64,000 nucleotides of DNA from Candidatus Bathyarchaeota archaeon (GTDB lineage Archaea > Thermoproteota > Bathyarchaeia > Hecatellales > Hecatellaceae): contig JBQPWD010000002.1 in assembly GCA_052246995.1 (NCBI GenBank), forward strand, positions 96,001-160,000, given 5' to 3'. Shown one piece after another: positions 9,833-20,007 of the stretch. A program made the translations under genes and the position numbers. Positions within the stretch are counted from its first letter, which is position 1. Each line of letters opens with the position of its first letter. Under the pieces are notes generated by a model that saw only the letters and a list, made by a program, of their open reading frames with translations, had not been told where the DNA came from and did not search any database.

Positions 9833-10591
9833 TTGATGAAAGCTGTAATCTTGGCTGGAGGTTACGCTCAACGTTTAAAACCCTTAACAAACAACAAAGC
9901 TAAACCTTTATTAAAAGTTGCTGGCAAACCTGTCATTGACTATATTTTAGAAAAAGTTTTAGAGATAAGGGAAAAAGCAGAAATTGATGAAATAATTATT
10001 TCAACAAACCTTAAATTTGAAGCCCAGTTTAAAGCATGGCTTAAAGAGAAAAATATTCCAATAAATGCTAGGATTGAAGTTGAGAGGTCTACAAGGGAGG
10101 AGGAAAAACCTGGAGCTGTTGCAGCCATAGCTTCAGCCACCGCGGAAAATACCAATGTAAACTACTTAATTATTGCTGGAGATAACATTTTTACAGATAG
10201 CTTACAAGGCATAATTAGTTTTTTTAAGGATAAAGATGCTACTACCCTTGGTGTTTACGATGTTAAAAGGAAGGCGCTTGCTAAAGAAGCCTCTGTTGTT
10301 GTTTTAGATTCTGATGGTAAAGTTGTAAAGTTTATCGAAAAACCTAAAAATCCAGATATCACGCTTGTTGGTACATGTATATATGTTCTTCATAAATGTT
10401 CTATACCTCTTCTTCATAGTTACGTTAAACTTGAAAACGTTGGAAAAGACCAGCCTGGAAGGTTTATTGAATGGCTTTACACCCATCAACCAGTTTATGG
10501 GTACGTTTTAAGTGGATACTGGAATGACATAGGAACACCTCAAACCTACAGAGAGGTTAACAACCTTTTTAAGAGGTTTGTAAGAAGATAG
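9833..10591 (+). CDS. Sugar-phosphate nucleotidyltransferase
   Basis: LAGGYAQRLKPLT..KAKPL, AGDN, FIEKP, WNDIG. Confidence 0.85.
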   Translation: MMKAVILAGGYAQRLKPLTNNKAKPLLKVAGKPVIDYILEKVLEIREKAEIDEIIISTNLKFEAQFKAWLKEKNIPINARIEVERSTREEEKPGAVAAIASATAENTNVNYLIIAGDNIFTDSLQGIISFFKDKDATTLGVYDVKRKALAKEASVVVLDSDGKVVKFIEKPKNPDITLVGTCIYVLHKCSIPLLHSYVKLENVGKDQPGRFIEWLYTHQPVYGYVLSGYWNDIGTPQTYREVNNLFKRFVRR

Positions 10592-10659
10592 CTGAAACTT
10601 TATCTATCTTTACTCCCAATAATTTATTTTAACTCTAAAAACATTGTGGAGGAATTTTT

Positions 10660-11277
10660 TTGTTTAGAAATTATGAGTTAAAAATTCTTGGTATTGTTGG
10701 AAGTCCAAGAGCTGAAGGTAATACAAAAATACTGGTTGAGGAGGCTTTAAAAGCTGCCGTGGAAAGTTATAGTGCAAAAACGGAGCTTATTCTTCTTGCA
10801 GGTAAAAAAATAGAACCCTGTACGGCATGCGGTAACTGTTATGCTACTGGTGAATGTAACATTAATGATGATGCGAACCTTATTGTTAAAAAGTTTTTAG
10901 AGTATGATGGAATTATTCTTGGAAGTCCAGTATATATGGGCACGATTACAGCTCAACTTAAAGCCTTAATGGATAGAACAACAGTTTTTAAAACTCTTAA
11001 AGGCTCAAAGCTCAAAAATAAGGTTGGTGGTGGAATTGCTGTTGGTTTTGGTAGAAGTGGTGGTCAGGAAACAACACTAAGAACTATACATGATTTCTTC
11101 TTAACGCATGATATGATAGTTGTTGGTGATGGAACAAAGTATGGTGGAACTGCTGTAGCTTTTGCTGCAGGAGAAGTTAGAAAAGATGAGCTTGGATTAA
11201 AATTGTCAAGAAAACTTGGTAGAAGGGTTGCCGAAGTCGCTAGCTACATTAAGAAAGCCTCTCTAGTTGAAGGTTAA
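10660..11277 (+). CDS. Iron-sulfur flavoprotein (Isf / multimeric flavodoxin family)
   Basis: GSPR..GNT, CxxCxxCx5C, GSPVY, GGQETT. Confidence 0.85.
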   Translation: MFRNYELKILGIVGSPRAEGNTKILVEEALKAAVESYSAKTELILLAGKKIEPCTACGNCYATGECNINDDANLIVKKFLEYDGIILGSPVYMGTITAQLKALMDRTTVFKTLKGSKLKNKVGGGIAVGFGRSGGQETTLRTIHDFFLTHDMIVVGDGTKYGGTAVAFAAGEVRKDELGLKLSRKLGRRVAEVASYIKKASLVEG

Positions 11278-11319
11278 TTAGTATCCTCCTTCTTAAAGAA
11301 TACTCAGAGGTGGTTAAGA

Positions 11320-11574
11320 ATGTATAGAATAGTGGTTACCGCGAAAAAACAGCTTAAAGGTTACTGTCATATTCATAAGGAGGGTGACACCTTTATTGTT
11401 GAAGAGGGTCAAATTGTACGTTTAGTCAAGGGTAGTGGAATATGCATTTATGCTTTAGCTGCTATGCTTCCTTTCTTTCCAGCTTTATCCAAGGAACTTC
11501 CAGCAGACGATTGGATGTCTGCTAAAGTTCAAGAGTATATTTGCTTAGACCCTGAAAACACCATGCTTTTTTGA
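11320..11574 (+). CDS. TIGR04076-like small protein, C-terminus apparently clipped by a frameshift in a T6 run
   Basis: GYCH..KEGD.F, ICIYAL, CLDP motifs; removing one T at 11567-11572 gives MLFELKREKV* ending 11596. Confidence 0.7.
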   Translation: MYRIVVTAKKQLKGYCHIHKEGDTFIVEEGQIVRLVKGSGICIYALAAMLPFFPALSKELPADDWMSAKVQEYICLDPENTMLF

Positions 11575-11620
11575 ACTTAAAAGAGAGAAAGTTTAAGCTA
11601 AAAACTTGTAAAAATCTTCC

Positions 11621-12067
11621 CTACTCTACAGGTATCCTAAACCCTACAACCTTTTTAGGTAAAATTATCTCAAGAACCCCTAACCTAAATCTTGCTTTAG
11701 CTCTTTTGGGGTCAACTAGGGTTGGAAGTTTTATTGTTTTCTTAAATACTTCAAATTCCACCCTTTGTAATGGTCCATAAAAATCTATTCTTATACATTC
11801 TCTCATAGGAGCCTCAACTCTCACCATACTTTCTGTTGCATTAATCTTTATATCCTCCTTTCTTACACACGGTAAATCTATTGTTATTATAATATTTTCC
11901 TCAGTTTCTGAAATATGGGTTAATGGTTGAAGTTCTTTGTTAGAAATATTTTGCATAGGAGCTTCAACTGGAAGCATAGGTCCCATAAACTCTTCAAAAA
12001 ATCGGTTAATTTCTTCACGAATTTCCTCAAAAACATCAAAAACTGTTCGCTTCTTACGTGTTGACAA
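11621..12067 (-). CDS. hsp20: Small heat shock protein Hsp20
   Basis: DLPCVRKEDI, AKARFRLGVLEIILPK and C-terminal IPV (IXI/V) motif. Confidence 0.9.
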   Translation of the reverse strand: MSTRKKRTVFDVFEEIREEINRFFEEFMGPMLPVEAPMQNISNKELQPLTHISETEENIIITIDLPCVRKEDIKINATESMVRVEAPMRECIRIDFYGPLQRVEFEVFKKTIKLPTLVDPKRAKARFRLGVLEIILPKKVVGFRIPVE

Positions 12068-12079
12068 CCAAATTCCCCC

Positions 12080-12844
12080 CTACACATATATTCCTCTAAG
12101 CTCTTGTTCTTGAACTTTTCTTAAAGCTTTCATTTGTTCGCTTGTTTTACGCATAAGCTCCCTAGCTTTAATTCTAATTTCTTCCTCCTTTTCCAGTAAG
12201 CTTTTAACATTAATGTTAACTCCAAATAAAGAATTCAAAACCTCAACTGTTGATGCTGCAGCCCCAGGATCTGGAAATTGCATATGTGATTCTGTAAGTA
12301 AAGTTATATTTGGCTGTTGTTCATTTATACAGTCTTTTACAAGTAAAGCATAAATACCAACAAGAATTCCCTCTTCAAACGGTTGAACCTTTAATTTTTC
12401 AAGCTCATTTTTAGCTTCAACAGTACTTCCAAAGCCGTAAACACTTGGTTTTTCTATCTCAAGCCTGTTGGGTGTTGCAATTCCTGTAACTCCCACAACA
12501 AATTTTGCATTATGTCGTTTAGCCCACAAGGTTATTGCTTTTGAAAGCTGGTAGATTGCTTGAACTGGAAATACTGTTTCGGATAAAACTACTACTAAGT
12601 TATCCTTAGCAAAAATCCTAACCTGCGGTTTAGGTTCATTTTTATGGACAATTATCATCGGTGGAAAAAGGTCAGACTCGAAATATCCCACTTCTTTCAT
12701 ATTTAAAGCTTGGACAATATGGGAAGTTGCTATCGGCCCAACCAATCCAACATCAGGAAGCCCAACAGTGATAACTGGTTTTTCGCTTTCAATTTTTGCT
12801 GTTTCAACTACTGTTATCTCGTTAAATTTTATTTTCTCCAACAA
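12080..12844 (-). CDS. PAC2-family proteasome assembly chaperone (PbaA/B-like)
   Basis: GLPDVGLVG, FPDPGAA, C-terminal HbYX motif (IYV). Confidence 0.85.
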   Translation of the reverse strand: MLEKIKFNEITVVETAKIESEKPVITVGLPDVGLVGPIATSHIVQALNMKEVGYFESDLFPPMIIVHKNEPKPQVRIFAKDNLVVVLSETVFPVQAIYQLSKAITLWAKRHNAKFVVGVTGIATPNRLEIEKPSVYGFGSTVEAKNELEKLKVQPFEEGILVGIYALLVKDCINEQQPNITLLTESHMQFPDPGAAASTVEVLNSLFGVNINVKSLLEKEEEIRIKARELMRKTSEQMKALRKVQEQELRGIYV

Positions 12845-12923
12845 GCAAACACCACATAACTCAACATTTTGTGTAATCTAAGCCAAATCCAAATAAAGTT
12901 TTACTCTTCACCTAAAGAATAAA

Positions 12924-12967
12924 GAGAAAAGCTTATAAGCATATCTTAAATTCTAACTTTCAGTTAT
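12924..12967 (+). promoter_or_regulatory. Putative grpE-dnaK promoter with HSR1-like operator
   Basis: GAGAAAA (BRE) + CTTATAAG (TATA, 12932-39), then CTAAC-N5-GTTAT at 12953-67. Confidence 0.45.
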
Positions 12968-13090
12968 TCTAACCTTAAAAGTTTAAACACGTAACTTGTT
13001 TGCGTTTAAAAACCCAGTCCACCTATGCCTCATCATGCCAGTATTGTTATCATATTTTCGCGGATAATAGTTTAAGGTTTGGTGTTAAAC

Positions 13091-13618
13091 ATGTCCTCAA
13101 CTAATACTCAGCATGAGAAAAAAGAAGAAAAGGAAGCTGAAATTGACACATTAAAAAAACTTCTGGATGAGGAACGTAAAAAATCTGAAGATTACCTTAC
13201 AAGGTTAAAATACCTTCAAGCTGATTTTGAAAACTACTTAAAAAGAGTTAAACGTGAAATTGAGGAGGCTGTTGATATTTCAAAAGGAAGACTTATTCAA
13301 AAACTTTTAGGGATTATTGACAACCTTGAGCTTGCATTAAAAGTAGGCTTAGAAAGTAAAAGTTTAGATGCCTTAATTAAGGGAGTTGAACTAACATTAA
13401 ACGAGTTTAAAAACATTTTAAAAGAAGAGGGTTTAACAAGCATTAAAGCTTTAGGTGAAAAGTTTAACCCAAACCTTCATGAAGCAGTTGGACATGTTGA
13501 AGTTTTAGACCCACCTGAAGGTATAGTAGTTGAAGAGTTAAGGAAAGGATACATGTTTAAGGATAGGGTTATACGACCAAGCATGGTTAAAGTTTCAAAA
13601 CTTAAAGCTAACTTATAA
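13091..13618 (+). CDS. grpE: Nucleotide exchange factor GrpE
   Basis: [23 protein letters not shown]...[10 protein letters not shown]; SD GGTG before ATG 13091. Confidence 0.95.
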   Translation: MSSTNTQHEKKEEKEAEIDTLKKLLDEERKKSEDYLTRLKYLQADFENYLKRVKREIEEAVDISKGRLIQKLLGIIDNLELALKVGLESKSLDALIKGVELTLNEFKNILKEEGLTSIKALGEKFNPNLHEAVGHVEVLDPPEGIVVEELRKGYMFKDRVIRPSMVKVSKLKANL

Positions 13619-13635
13619 TCAGGAGGTGGAGATGG

Positions 13636-15498
13636 ATGGGTAAAATTATAGGAATAGACCTAGGAACAAGTAACTCTGCAGCAGCCGTCCTAATTGGAGG
13701 AAAACCTGTAATCATACCAAGCAGTGAAGGAGTTACCCTTTACGGAAAAGCTTTCCCATCATACGTTGCTTTTACCAAAGATGGTCAACTTTTAGTCGGA
13801 GAACCTGCAAGAAGGCAGGCTGTAACAAACCCTGAAGGCACTGTAACAGGATTTAAACGAAAAATGGGTACAGACTACAAATACAAGATTTATGGTAAAG
13901 AGTGGACTCCTCAACAACTTTCAGCATTTCTTCTTCAAAAAATTAAGAAGGATGCTGAGGCTTTCCTTGGAGATAAAGTTGATAAAGCCGTTATAACAGT
14001 TCCAGCATACTTCAATGATAATCAAAGACAAGCAACAAAAGATGCTGCAGCCATAGCTGGAATTGAGGTTGCAAGAATAATCAATGAACCTACAGCAGCA
14101 TCCCTTGCCTATGGTTTAGATAAAGCTGACAAAGAACTAAGAATAATGGTTTTCGACCTTGGAGGTGGAACCTTGGATGTAACTTTGCTTGAATTTGGTG
14201 GGGGTGTTTTTGAGGTTAAAGCTACAAGTGGAGATACCCAACTTGGCGGGAGAGACATGGATGAAGTTCTTGTAAACTACATTGTTAACGAGTTTAAAAA
14301 GAATACAGGTATAGACTTAAGAAAGGATAGCATGGCCATGATGAGGGTTCGTGAGGCTGCTGAAAAGGCAAAAATTGAGCTTTCAACATCAATTACAACT
14401 GAGATAAATCTTCCATTTATTGCTATGGAGGGTGGAACACCGAAACATCTTCAAATGAGTCTTACAAGGGCAACATTAGAAGAGCTTGTTAAACCAATTG
14501 TTGAACGATGTAGAGGACCTATGATGCAGGCTTTGGCTGATGCAAAAATGAGACCTGCTGATATTGATAAGATAATTCTTGTTGGAGGACCTACAAGAAT
14601 GCCTATAGTTCAAAGATTTGTTGAGGAAGTTATGGGTAAACCTCCGGAAAGAGGTATAGACCCTATGGAGTGTGTTGCTGTAGGTGCAGCAATTCAGGCA
14701 GGGATAATTACTGGTGAGGTTAAGGATATACTGCTTCTTGACGTTACACCCTTATCCCTTGGAGTTGAGACTCTTGGAGGCATATTTACAAAAATAGTTG
14801 AAAGAAACACAACAATTCCATGCAAGAGAAGCCAGATATTTACCACGGCCGAAGACTTTCAAACATCTGTTGCAATTAAAGTTTACCAGGGTGAAAGGCC
14901 AATGGCTGCGGATAACGTTCTTCTTGGACAGTTTGTTTTATCAGGTATCCCACCAGCTCCAAGAGGAGTTCCTCAAATAGAGGTTACCTTTGACATAGAT
15001 GTAAACGGGATACTTAACGTTACAGCTAAAGACCTGGCTACAGGAAAAGAGGAAAAGCTGACCATAACAGCTCCTCATAGGCTTTCAAAAGAAGAAATTG
15101 AAAAAATGGTCAAGGAGGCTGAACGTTACGCGGAGCAGGATAGAAAAAGAAGGGAGGAGGCTGAGCTCCGTAACCAAGCTGACTCACTAATTTATACCGC
15201 GGAAAAAATGAAAAGGGAGCTTAAAGAAAAGTTAACAAAAGATCAGGTTGATAAAATAGACCAAGCTGTAAAAGAGCTTAAAGATGCATTAACCGGTAAG
15301 GATGTAGAAAAAATTAAAACGAAAAACGAAGAACTTTCAAAAGTTCTTCAGGAAGTTGGAGCAACAATGTATAGACAAACTGGATATAAACAAACTGGTG
15401 CTCAACAAGCTAACAGTAACAATCAAACAAGCAAAGCTGGTGAAAGGGTTGTTAATGCCGATTATGAGGTTGTTGACGAGGAAAAAGGTAGAAAGTAA
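13636..15498 (+). CDS. dnaK: Chaperone DnaK (Hsp70)
   Basis: [45 protein letters not shown]. Confidence 0.97.
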   Translation: MGKIIGIDLGTSNSAAAVLIGGKPVIIPSSEGVTLYGKAFPSYVAFTKDGQLLVGEPARRQAVTNPEGTVTGFKRKMGTDYKYKIYGKEWTPQQLSAFLLQKIKKDAEAFLGDKVDKAVITVPAYFNDNQRQATKDAAAIAGIEVARIINEPTAASLAYGLDKADKELRIMVFDLGGGTLDVTLLEFGGGVFEVKATSGDTQLGGRDMDEVLVNYIVNEFKKNTGIDLRKDSMAMMRVREAAEKAKIELSTSITTEINLPFIAMEGGTPKHLQMSLTRATLEELVKPIVERCRGPMMQALADAKMRPADIDKIILVGGPTRMPIVQRFVEEVMGKPPERGIDPMECVAVGAAIQAGIITGEVKDILLLDVTPLSLGVETLGGIFTKIVERNTTIPCKRSQIFTTAEDFQTSVAIKVYQGERPMAADNVLLGQFVLSGIPPAPRGVPQIEVTFDIDVNGILNVTAKDLATGKEEKLTITAPHRLSKEEIEKMVKEAERYAEQDRKRREEAELRNQADSLIYTAEKMKRELKEKLTKDQVDKIDQAVKELKDALTGKDVEKIKTKNEELSKVLQEVGATMYRQTGYKQTGAQQANSNNQTSKAGERVVNADYEVVDEEKGRK

Positions 15499-15588
15499 AC
15501 TTTTTACTTTACATTTCCAAAGTGGAGAATAAATCTTAGCCACAAAATTTAAGAACGTTTTTCTTTACAGTTTAAAATGTGAAAGTTT

Positions 15589-16758
15589 ATGTTAGCCTTA
15601 GAAGGAATAAGAATTCTAGATTTAACATGGCTTCTACCATATACAACACTTTTAGCAGATTTTGGCGCTGAGGTTATCAAGGTTGAGGAACCTACACGTG
15701 GAGATTATGCCAGATGGAACCCGCCGATGATTGGAGGAATCAGCCAATATTTTCTTTCTCTTCACCGCAACAAGAAAAGTATAACTTTAAACTTAAAAAC
15801 AGAAAAAGGTAGAGAAATTTTTTACAAGTTAATAGAAAAATCTGATGTGGTAATTGAAAGTTTTAGACCTGGGGTCACAAAGCGTTTAGGAGTTGACTAT
15901 GAAACGGTTAAGAAGTTTAATCCAAGAATAATTTACTGTTCAGTTTCAGGGTATGGACAGGATAGTCCATACAGAGACTTACCTGGTCACGATATAAACT
16001 ATGTTTCCATTGCAGGAATAGTTGGCTTAACAAGACGTCCAGGAGAACCTCCAACAATACCTGGTGTACAGATAGCTGACCTTGGTGGTGGAGTTTTAAT
16101 GGCCACCGCCTCAATACTTATAGCTTTAATTGCACGTGAAAAAACTGGTAAGGGCCAATATATCGACATAGCTATGACTGATGGGGCAATTTCCTGGTTA
16201 ACAATTCCATCCTCCTTCTACTTTGTTGAAGGTGAAAAGTTTGATGTCGGGAAGGTTCCTGTTGTAGGCTATCCTCCATGTTATAACATTTATGAAACCA
16301 AGGATGGAAAGTACATTAGCATAGGATGTTTAGAGGAACGTTTCTGGAGAAACTTATGTACAAGTTTAGGAAGAGAAGACTTTATTATCCACCAGTTTGC
16401 CGACGGTGAAAAAGGTAGAGAAGTTAAAGCTACTTTACAGGAAATTTTTAAAACTAAAACTAGGGATGAGTGGTTTAAAGAACTCTCTAAAGCTGATGTA
16501 TGTGTAGGCCCAGTCTACAGTTTAGATGAAACATTTAAAGATCCTCATACCCTAAAAAGGGAGATGGTTGTCGAGTTTAACCATCCTAAAATTGGAAAAA
16601 CTAAGTTATTAGGCATTCCGCCAAAATTTTCAGAAACACCTGGCAAAATTAGAAGTCCAGCACCAGAACTTGGTGAACATACAAGAGAAATATTAAAAAA
16701 TCTTTTAGGATTTAATGATGAGGATGTTGGTAAGCTTAAGGAGTCGGGAGTTATCTAA
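15589..16758 (+). CDS. CaiB/BaiF family III CoA-transferase (AMACR-like)
   Basis: ADFGAEVIKVE, RNKKSITLNLK, FRPGV, GHDINY, ADLGGG, APELGEHT. Confidence 0.9.
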   Translation: MLALEGIRILDLTWLLPYTTLLADFGAEVIKVEEPTRGDYARWNPPMIGGISQYFLSLHRNKKSITLNLKTEKGREIFYKLIEKSDVVIESFRPGVTKRLGVDYETVKKFNPRIIYCSVSGYGQDSPYRDLPGHDINYVSIAGIVGLTRRPGEPPTIPGVQIADLGGGVLMATASILIALIAREKTGKGQYIDIAMTDGAISWLTIPSSFYFVEGEKFDVGKVPVVGYPPCYNIYETKDGKYISIGCLEERFWRNLCTSLGREDFIIHQFADGEKGREVKATLQEIFKTKTRDEWFKELSKADVCVGPVYSLDETFKDPHTLKREMVVEFNHPKIGKTKLLGIPPKFSETPGKIRSPAPELGEHTREILKNLLGFNDEDVGKLKESGVI

Positions 16759-16776
16759 ACTTCCATTTTAGCTTTT

Positions 16777-17802
16777 TTAACTGATTGAAGTCTCAAAAAT
16801 TTCATTTAAGGATTGTCTTGTTAAAAACATCCCAAACTTTTTTAACGTTTCTACAATTTCATCTTGGCTAAGCTTGTAGTCGTATAGGAATTTTTCAAAA
16901 GATAAGTTTACTAGGCTGTATGGAAATCCTAACGCTTCAGCTGTAAGTTTAATAGCTTCATCTTTCCGCCTTGAAAGTTTATCAGTATTTTCACAGTATT
17001 TTTTAAGAAACTTTTCAAATAAATCGTGATTAGCTTTAACAAATTTTGTATTAGCAGCTAATGTACAACATGGAAACTTGCCAAAGATATCTTCAAAGTT
17101 ATAAACCTTAAATTTACCCCTAAAGAGGCTTAAATACGGTTCCCAGATACTTAAAGCTGAAATCTCACCATTAATAAAGCTTTCAACCATACGGTCAGGG
17201 TTATTAAAGTATCTGATTTCAACTTGAGAAGGTTCTACATCCATTGTTCTTAAGAAAAGTTTCAAACTCATTTCCATAGTTGAAAGTTCTGAACATCCAT
17301 AAATTAACTCTAAAAGTTTTTCATTTTTAACCACAAGCCCACTACCGTTAAACCCACATCCTGCAAAAATTTTTATTGAGCGTAAAAGTAAAGCATGCAG
17401 CACCTGTGTAATTAAAGGTGAGCAGGCAACATCTAAGTATCCTACAGATAAAGCATTTGTTGCCTCTAAAGCGTCATCAAAAATTTTTAATTTAACATTT
17501 ATGTTAGTCTTCTCCAAATCTTTAACAGTAAGTAAAACATGAGGATATTCTGTAGCTTTAAGTATCCCAACTCTAATAAGCTTTTTAACAGGAAAAGGTG
17601 CATAATCTAAAAGCCAGACGCGGTAAATTTTACCTCCAATATTTTTTCTAACGACTTCCCTATCTTTAAGCATTTCAGTTAAAGTCTCAGATATAGTTGA
17701 ACGAGAACATCTTAATATTTTTGATATTTCTCCTTGAAGTATACCCTCAGAACCCCTACTTTTAAGCAAACCTGAGATTTTATCCTTCATATCTATACCC
17801 AT
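16777..17802 (-). CDS. wHTH transcription regulator fused to an NMT1/SsuA-type solute-binding domain
   Basis: N-terminal GILQGEISKILRCSRSTISETL HTH; C-terminal IWEPY and FPCC motifs; no signal peptide; ATG 17802 fits a leaderless start (ORF track uses TTG 17808). Confidence 0.75.
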   Translation of the reverse strand: MGIDMKDKISGLLKSRGSEGILQGEISKILRCSRSTISETLTEMLKDREVVRKNIGGKIYRVWLLDYAPFPVKKLIRVGILKATEYPHVLLTVKDLEKTNINVKLKIFDDALEATNALSVGYLDVACSPLITQVLHALLLRSIKIFAGCGFNGSGLVVKNEKLLELIYGCSELSTMEMSLKLFLRTMDVEPSQVEIRYFNNPDRMVESFINGEISALSIWEPYLSLFRGKFKVYNFEDIFGKFPCCTLAANTKFVKANHDLFEKFLKKYCENTDKLSRRKDEAIKLTAEALGFPYSLVNLSFEKFLYDYKLSQDEIVETLKKFGMFLTRQSLNEIFETSIS

Positions 17803-17820
17803 TCTCAAAAGTTAGTAACC

Positions 17821-17879
17821 AAAATATATAAATAAGGGTTATCCGAACAAATGTTTCAATATATCGAACATTTGTTCGA
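17821..17879. promoter_or_regulatory. Bidirectional TATA box plus two CGAACA-N2-TGTTCG operator-like sites
   Basis: TATATAAA at 17825-32; TCGAACA-TT-TGTTCGA at 17864-79; degenerate CGAACA-AA-TGTTTC at 17844-57. Confidence 0.65.
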
Positions 17880-17912
17880 AGGAGAAAAATAAAATAATAG
17901 TGGAGGTTAATA

Positions 17913-18104
17913 ATGTTAACTAAAAACTATACGGTTACAGCATTGTTTTTTCTTTTAATACTCTTAAATTACTTGATTCCTTATTTAGTGCTTAAAGACT
18001 ATCCAACCGTTTTGGGAGCATTTCTTTTCTGGTGTTTAATTACCGTTTTTGTTGCTTTACTATGTTTTACCTTGATACTAAGGTTTTGGAGGGTTGAAGG
18101 TTGA
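17913..18104 (+). CDS. Small 2-TM partner protein of the SSS symporter
   Basis: Two hydrophobic helices, SD GGAGG, 4-nt overlap with the symporter start. Confidence 0.8.
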   Translation: MLTKNYTVTALFFLLILLNYLIPYLVLKDYPTVLGAFLFWCLITVFVALLCFTLILRFWRVEG

Positions 18105-19585
18105 TAAGTTCAAGCTTAATTTTTGCATCAATAATTGTGTACTTTGGTTTTCTACTTGCCGTTGCCTACTACGGAAGATTAAAGACTGGTAAAGGTTTAG
18201 AGGAGTTTTATCTTGCTGGAAGAAAAATTACAGGATTTATTGCCGCGTTAACTTATGCAGCTACAACCTACAGTGTTTTTATGATGGTTGGGTTAGTTGG
18301 CTTAACCTATGCTTATGGTGTTGGTGCTTTGGGTTTTGAACTTACATATCTTTTTGCTACAGTTCTTCTTCTCACGGTTTTTGCCCCAAAATTTTGGGTT
18401 GCAGGTAAAATATGGGGGTATATGACCCCAACCCAGCTTTTAGCTGAAAGATATGAAAGTAAACTTGTTGGTATTGTAGCAGCAATTTTATGCTTAATTT
18501 TTCTTATTCCGTATATGGCTATTCAAGGTATGGGTTCAGCTTATCTTATTGAAGCCTTATCTGGTGGAACTGTAAGTTACGAGGTTAGTTTAACATTTAC
18601 CATCTTAGTTATAGCTGTTTGTGCTCTTTTAGGTGGATTTAGAGGTGTAGCTTGGACTGATACCGTTCAAGGTTTACTTATGCTTTCAACCTCTGTTTAC
18701 CTTTTTCTTTACCTTCTTTATACGTACTTAGGAGGCTGGGGGAATTTTGTAAGCATGCTTGAAAATCAGTATCCAGATATGCTTACAGTTCCAGGACCGA
18801 AAAACTTTTTCACCATCCAAAACTTTGTTACGTTAACCACTCCATGGTTCTTTTTTGCCTTAACAAATCCACAAGTTTCTCAACGTCTTTTTGTTTCAAA
18901 GTCCACTTCATCCTTGCGTAGCATGATTGTTGGCTTTTTTATATTTGGCTTTATATACACCGTGATTAGCATTTTATTTGGCTTTATGGGAGTTGTTCTT
19001 AAAGTTTCAGCTTCTCCTCCAGATAAAGCTATGCCCCTAATGTTAGAACTTTTTGTTCCACCAATTTTAGCGTTAATAGCTATGTTAGGCATCGTTTCAG
19101 CAGGAGTTTCCACAGCAAACTCTATAATGCTTTCATTGGCCTCCATGGTTGGCAGAGATATTTATGGTGTATTGGCTAAAAAACCTTCAGAAAAAGTTGA
19201 AATGCTGGTTGGTTATGCAACAATTCTTGTTGAAGCTTTAATAATCTGGATTTTTGCTATTCAAAGAGTTGGGTTGATATCCTTACTAGCTGTGATGGCT
19301 TCAGCAGGTTTACTTGTACAACTACCCGTAATAGTTGGAGCATTCTACTGGAAAGGTGGAAGCGGAATTGGAGCATGTGTAAGCATGATTAGCGGGGGTA
19401 TCCTGACAGGAGTACTCTATACTTTAGGAATATCTCCTCTAACTTTAGGTCCACCAGTATGGGGTTTAATCGTTACAACCCTACTGTTTATCTTGGTTAG
19501 CTTGATAACAAAGAAGCCTGCCAACGCTGAAAACTTTATTTCTCTAGTTAAAAAAGAGCTTAAGGTAAAAGGATTTATAAGATAA
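18101..19585 (+). CDS. Sodium:solute symporter (SSS; PanF/PutP-like)
   Basis: FYLAGR, ERYES, GGFRGVAWTDTVQG, PQVSQR, SAGVSTANS; multiple TM segments. Confidence 0.92.
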   Translation: MISSSLIFASIIVYFGFLLAVAYYGRLKTGKGLEEFYLAGRKITGFIAALTYAATTYSVFMMVGLVGLTYAYGVGALGFELTYLFATVLLLTVFAPKFWVAGKIWGYMTPTQLLAERYESKLVGIVAAILCLIFLIPYMAIQGMGSAYLIEALSGGTVSYEVSLTFTILVIAVCALLGGFRGVAWTDTVQGLLMLSTSVYLFLYLLYTYLGGWGNFVSMLENQYPDMLTVPGPKNFFTIQNFVTLTTPWFFFALTNPQVSQRLFVSKSTSSLRSMIVGFFIFGFIYTVISILFGFMGVVLKVSASPPDKAMPLMLELFVPPILALIAMLGIVSAGVSTANSIMLSLASMVGRDIYGVLAKKPSEKVEMLVGYATILVEALIIWIFAIQRVGLISLLAVMASAGLLVQLPVIVGAFYWKGGSGIGACVSMISGGILTGVLYTLGISPLTLGPPVWGLIVTTLLFILVSLITKKPANAENFISLVKKELKVKGFIR

Positions 19586-20007
19586 AAATTAAGTGATTAA
19601 ACGTTAAACAGCTATAACTTTTCCCAACCATAATATTTTTGGTTCAATAGTTATTCTGCTTTTATGTTTGAACTTTTCAATAAGCTTAGAGTACTCTTCG
19701 ACCTAACTTAACATAACGTTATCGCATGATTTAAGATTGAAGTATTACCAGAGGGAACTCTTATCTTTACAAGTTGAGCCATCGGAAAATGGTTTAGATA
19801 ATTAAGGTTTCTAAGGATATATCAATGAAAGGGGTTTGGACTAGCTTGAGTATTCTCATATCTTAAGGCTAGCTTCATCTGAATCTACGCTTTATTTACG
19901 CTGAAACAGTAAATCTAATTTTTCCCCTCTTTTGGAGGAAGACATAAACTTTTTTATCTTCATACCAACCTATTTTTTATTGAAAATTGTAAGTAGAGGG
20001 AAAAAAT

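Noticed and set aside
11572-11574. In-frame TGA as selenocysteine
   Set aside because: Not at a Cys-equivalent position, and the plausible C-terminus continues in a different frame
17864-17879. Match to the Gram-positive LexA (Cheo) box CGAAC-N4-GTTCG
   Set aside because: Archaeal context, no LexA or SOS gene nearby; the adjacent wHTH regulator is the simpler explanation
19590-19790. Possible decayed gene on the minus strand after the symporter
   Set aside because: Multiple stops and no recognisable family
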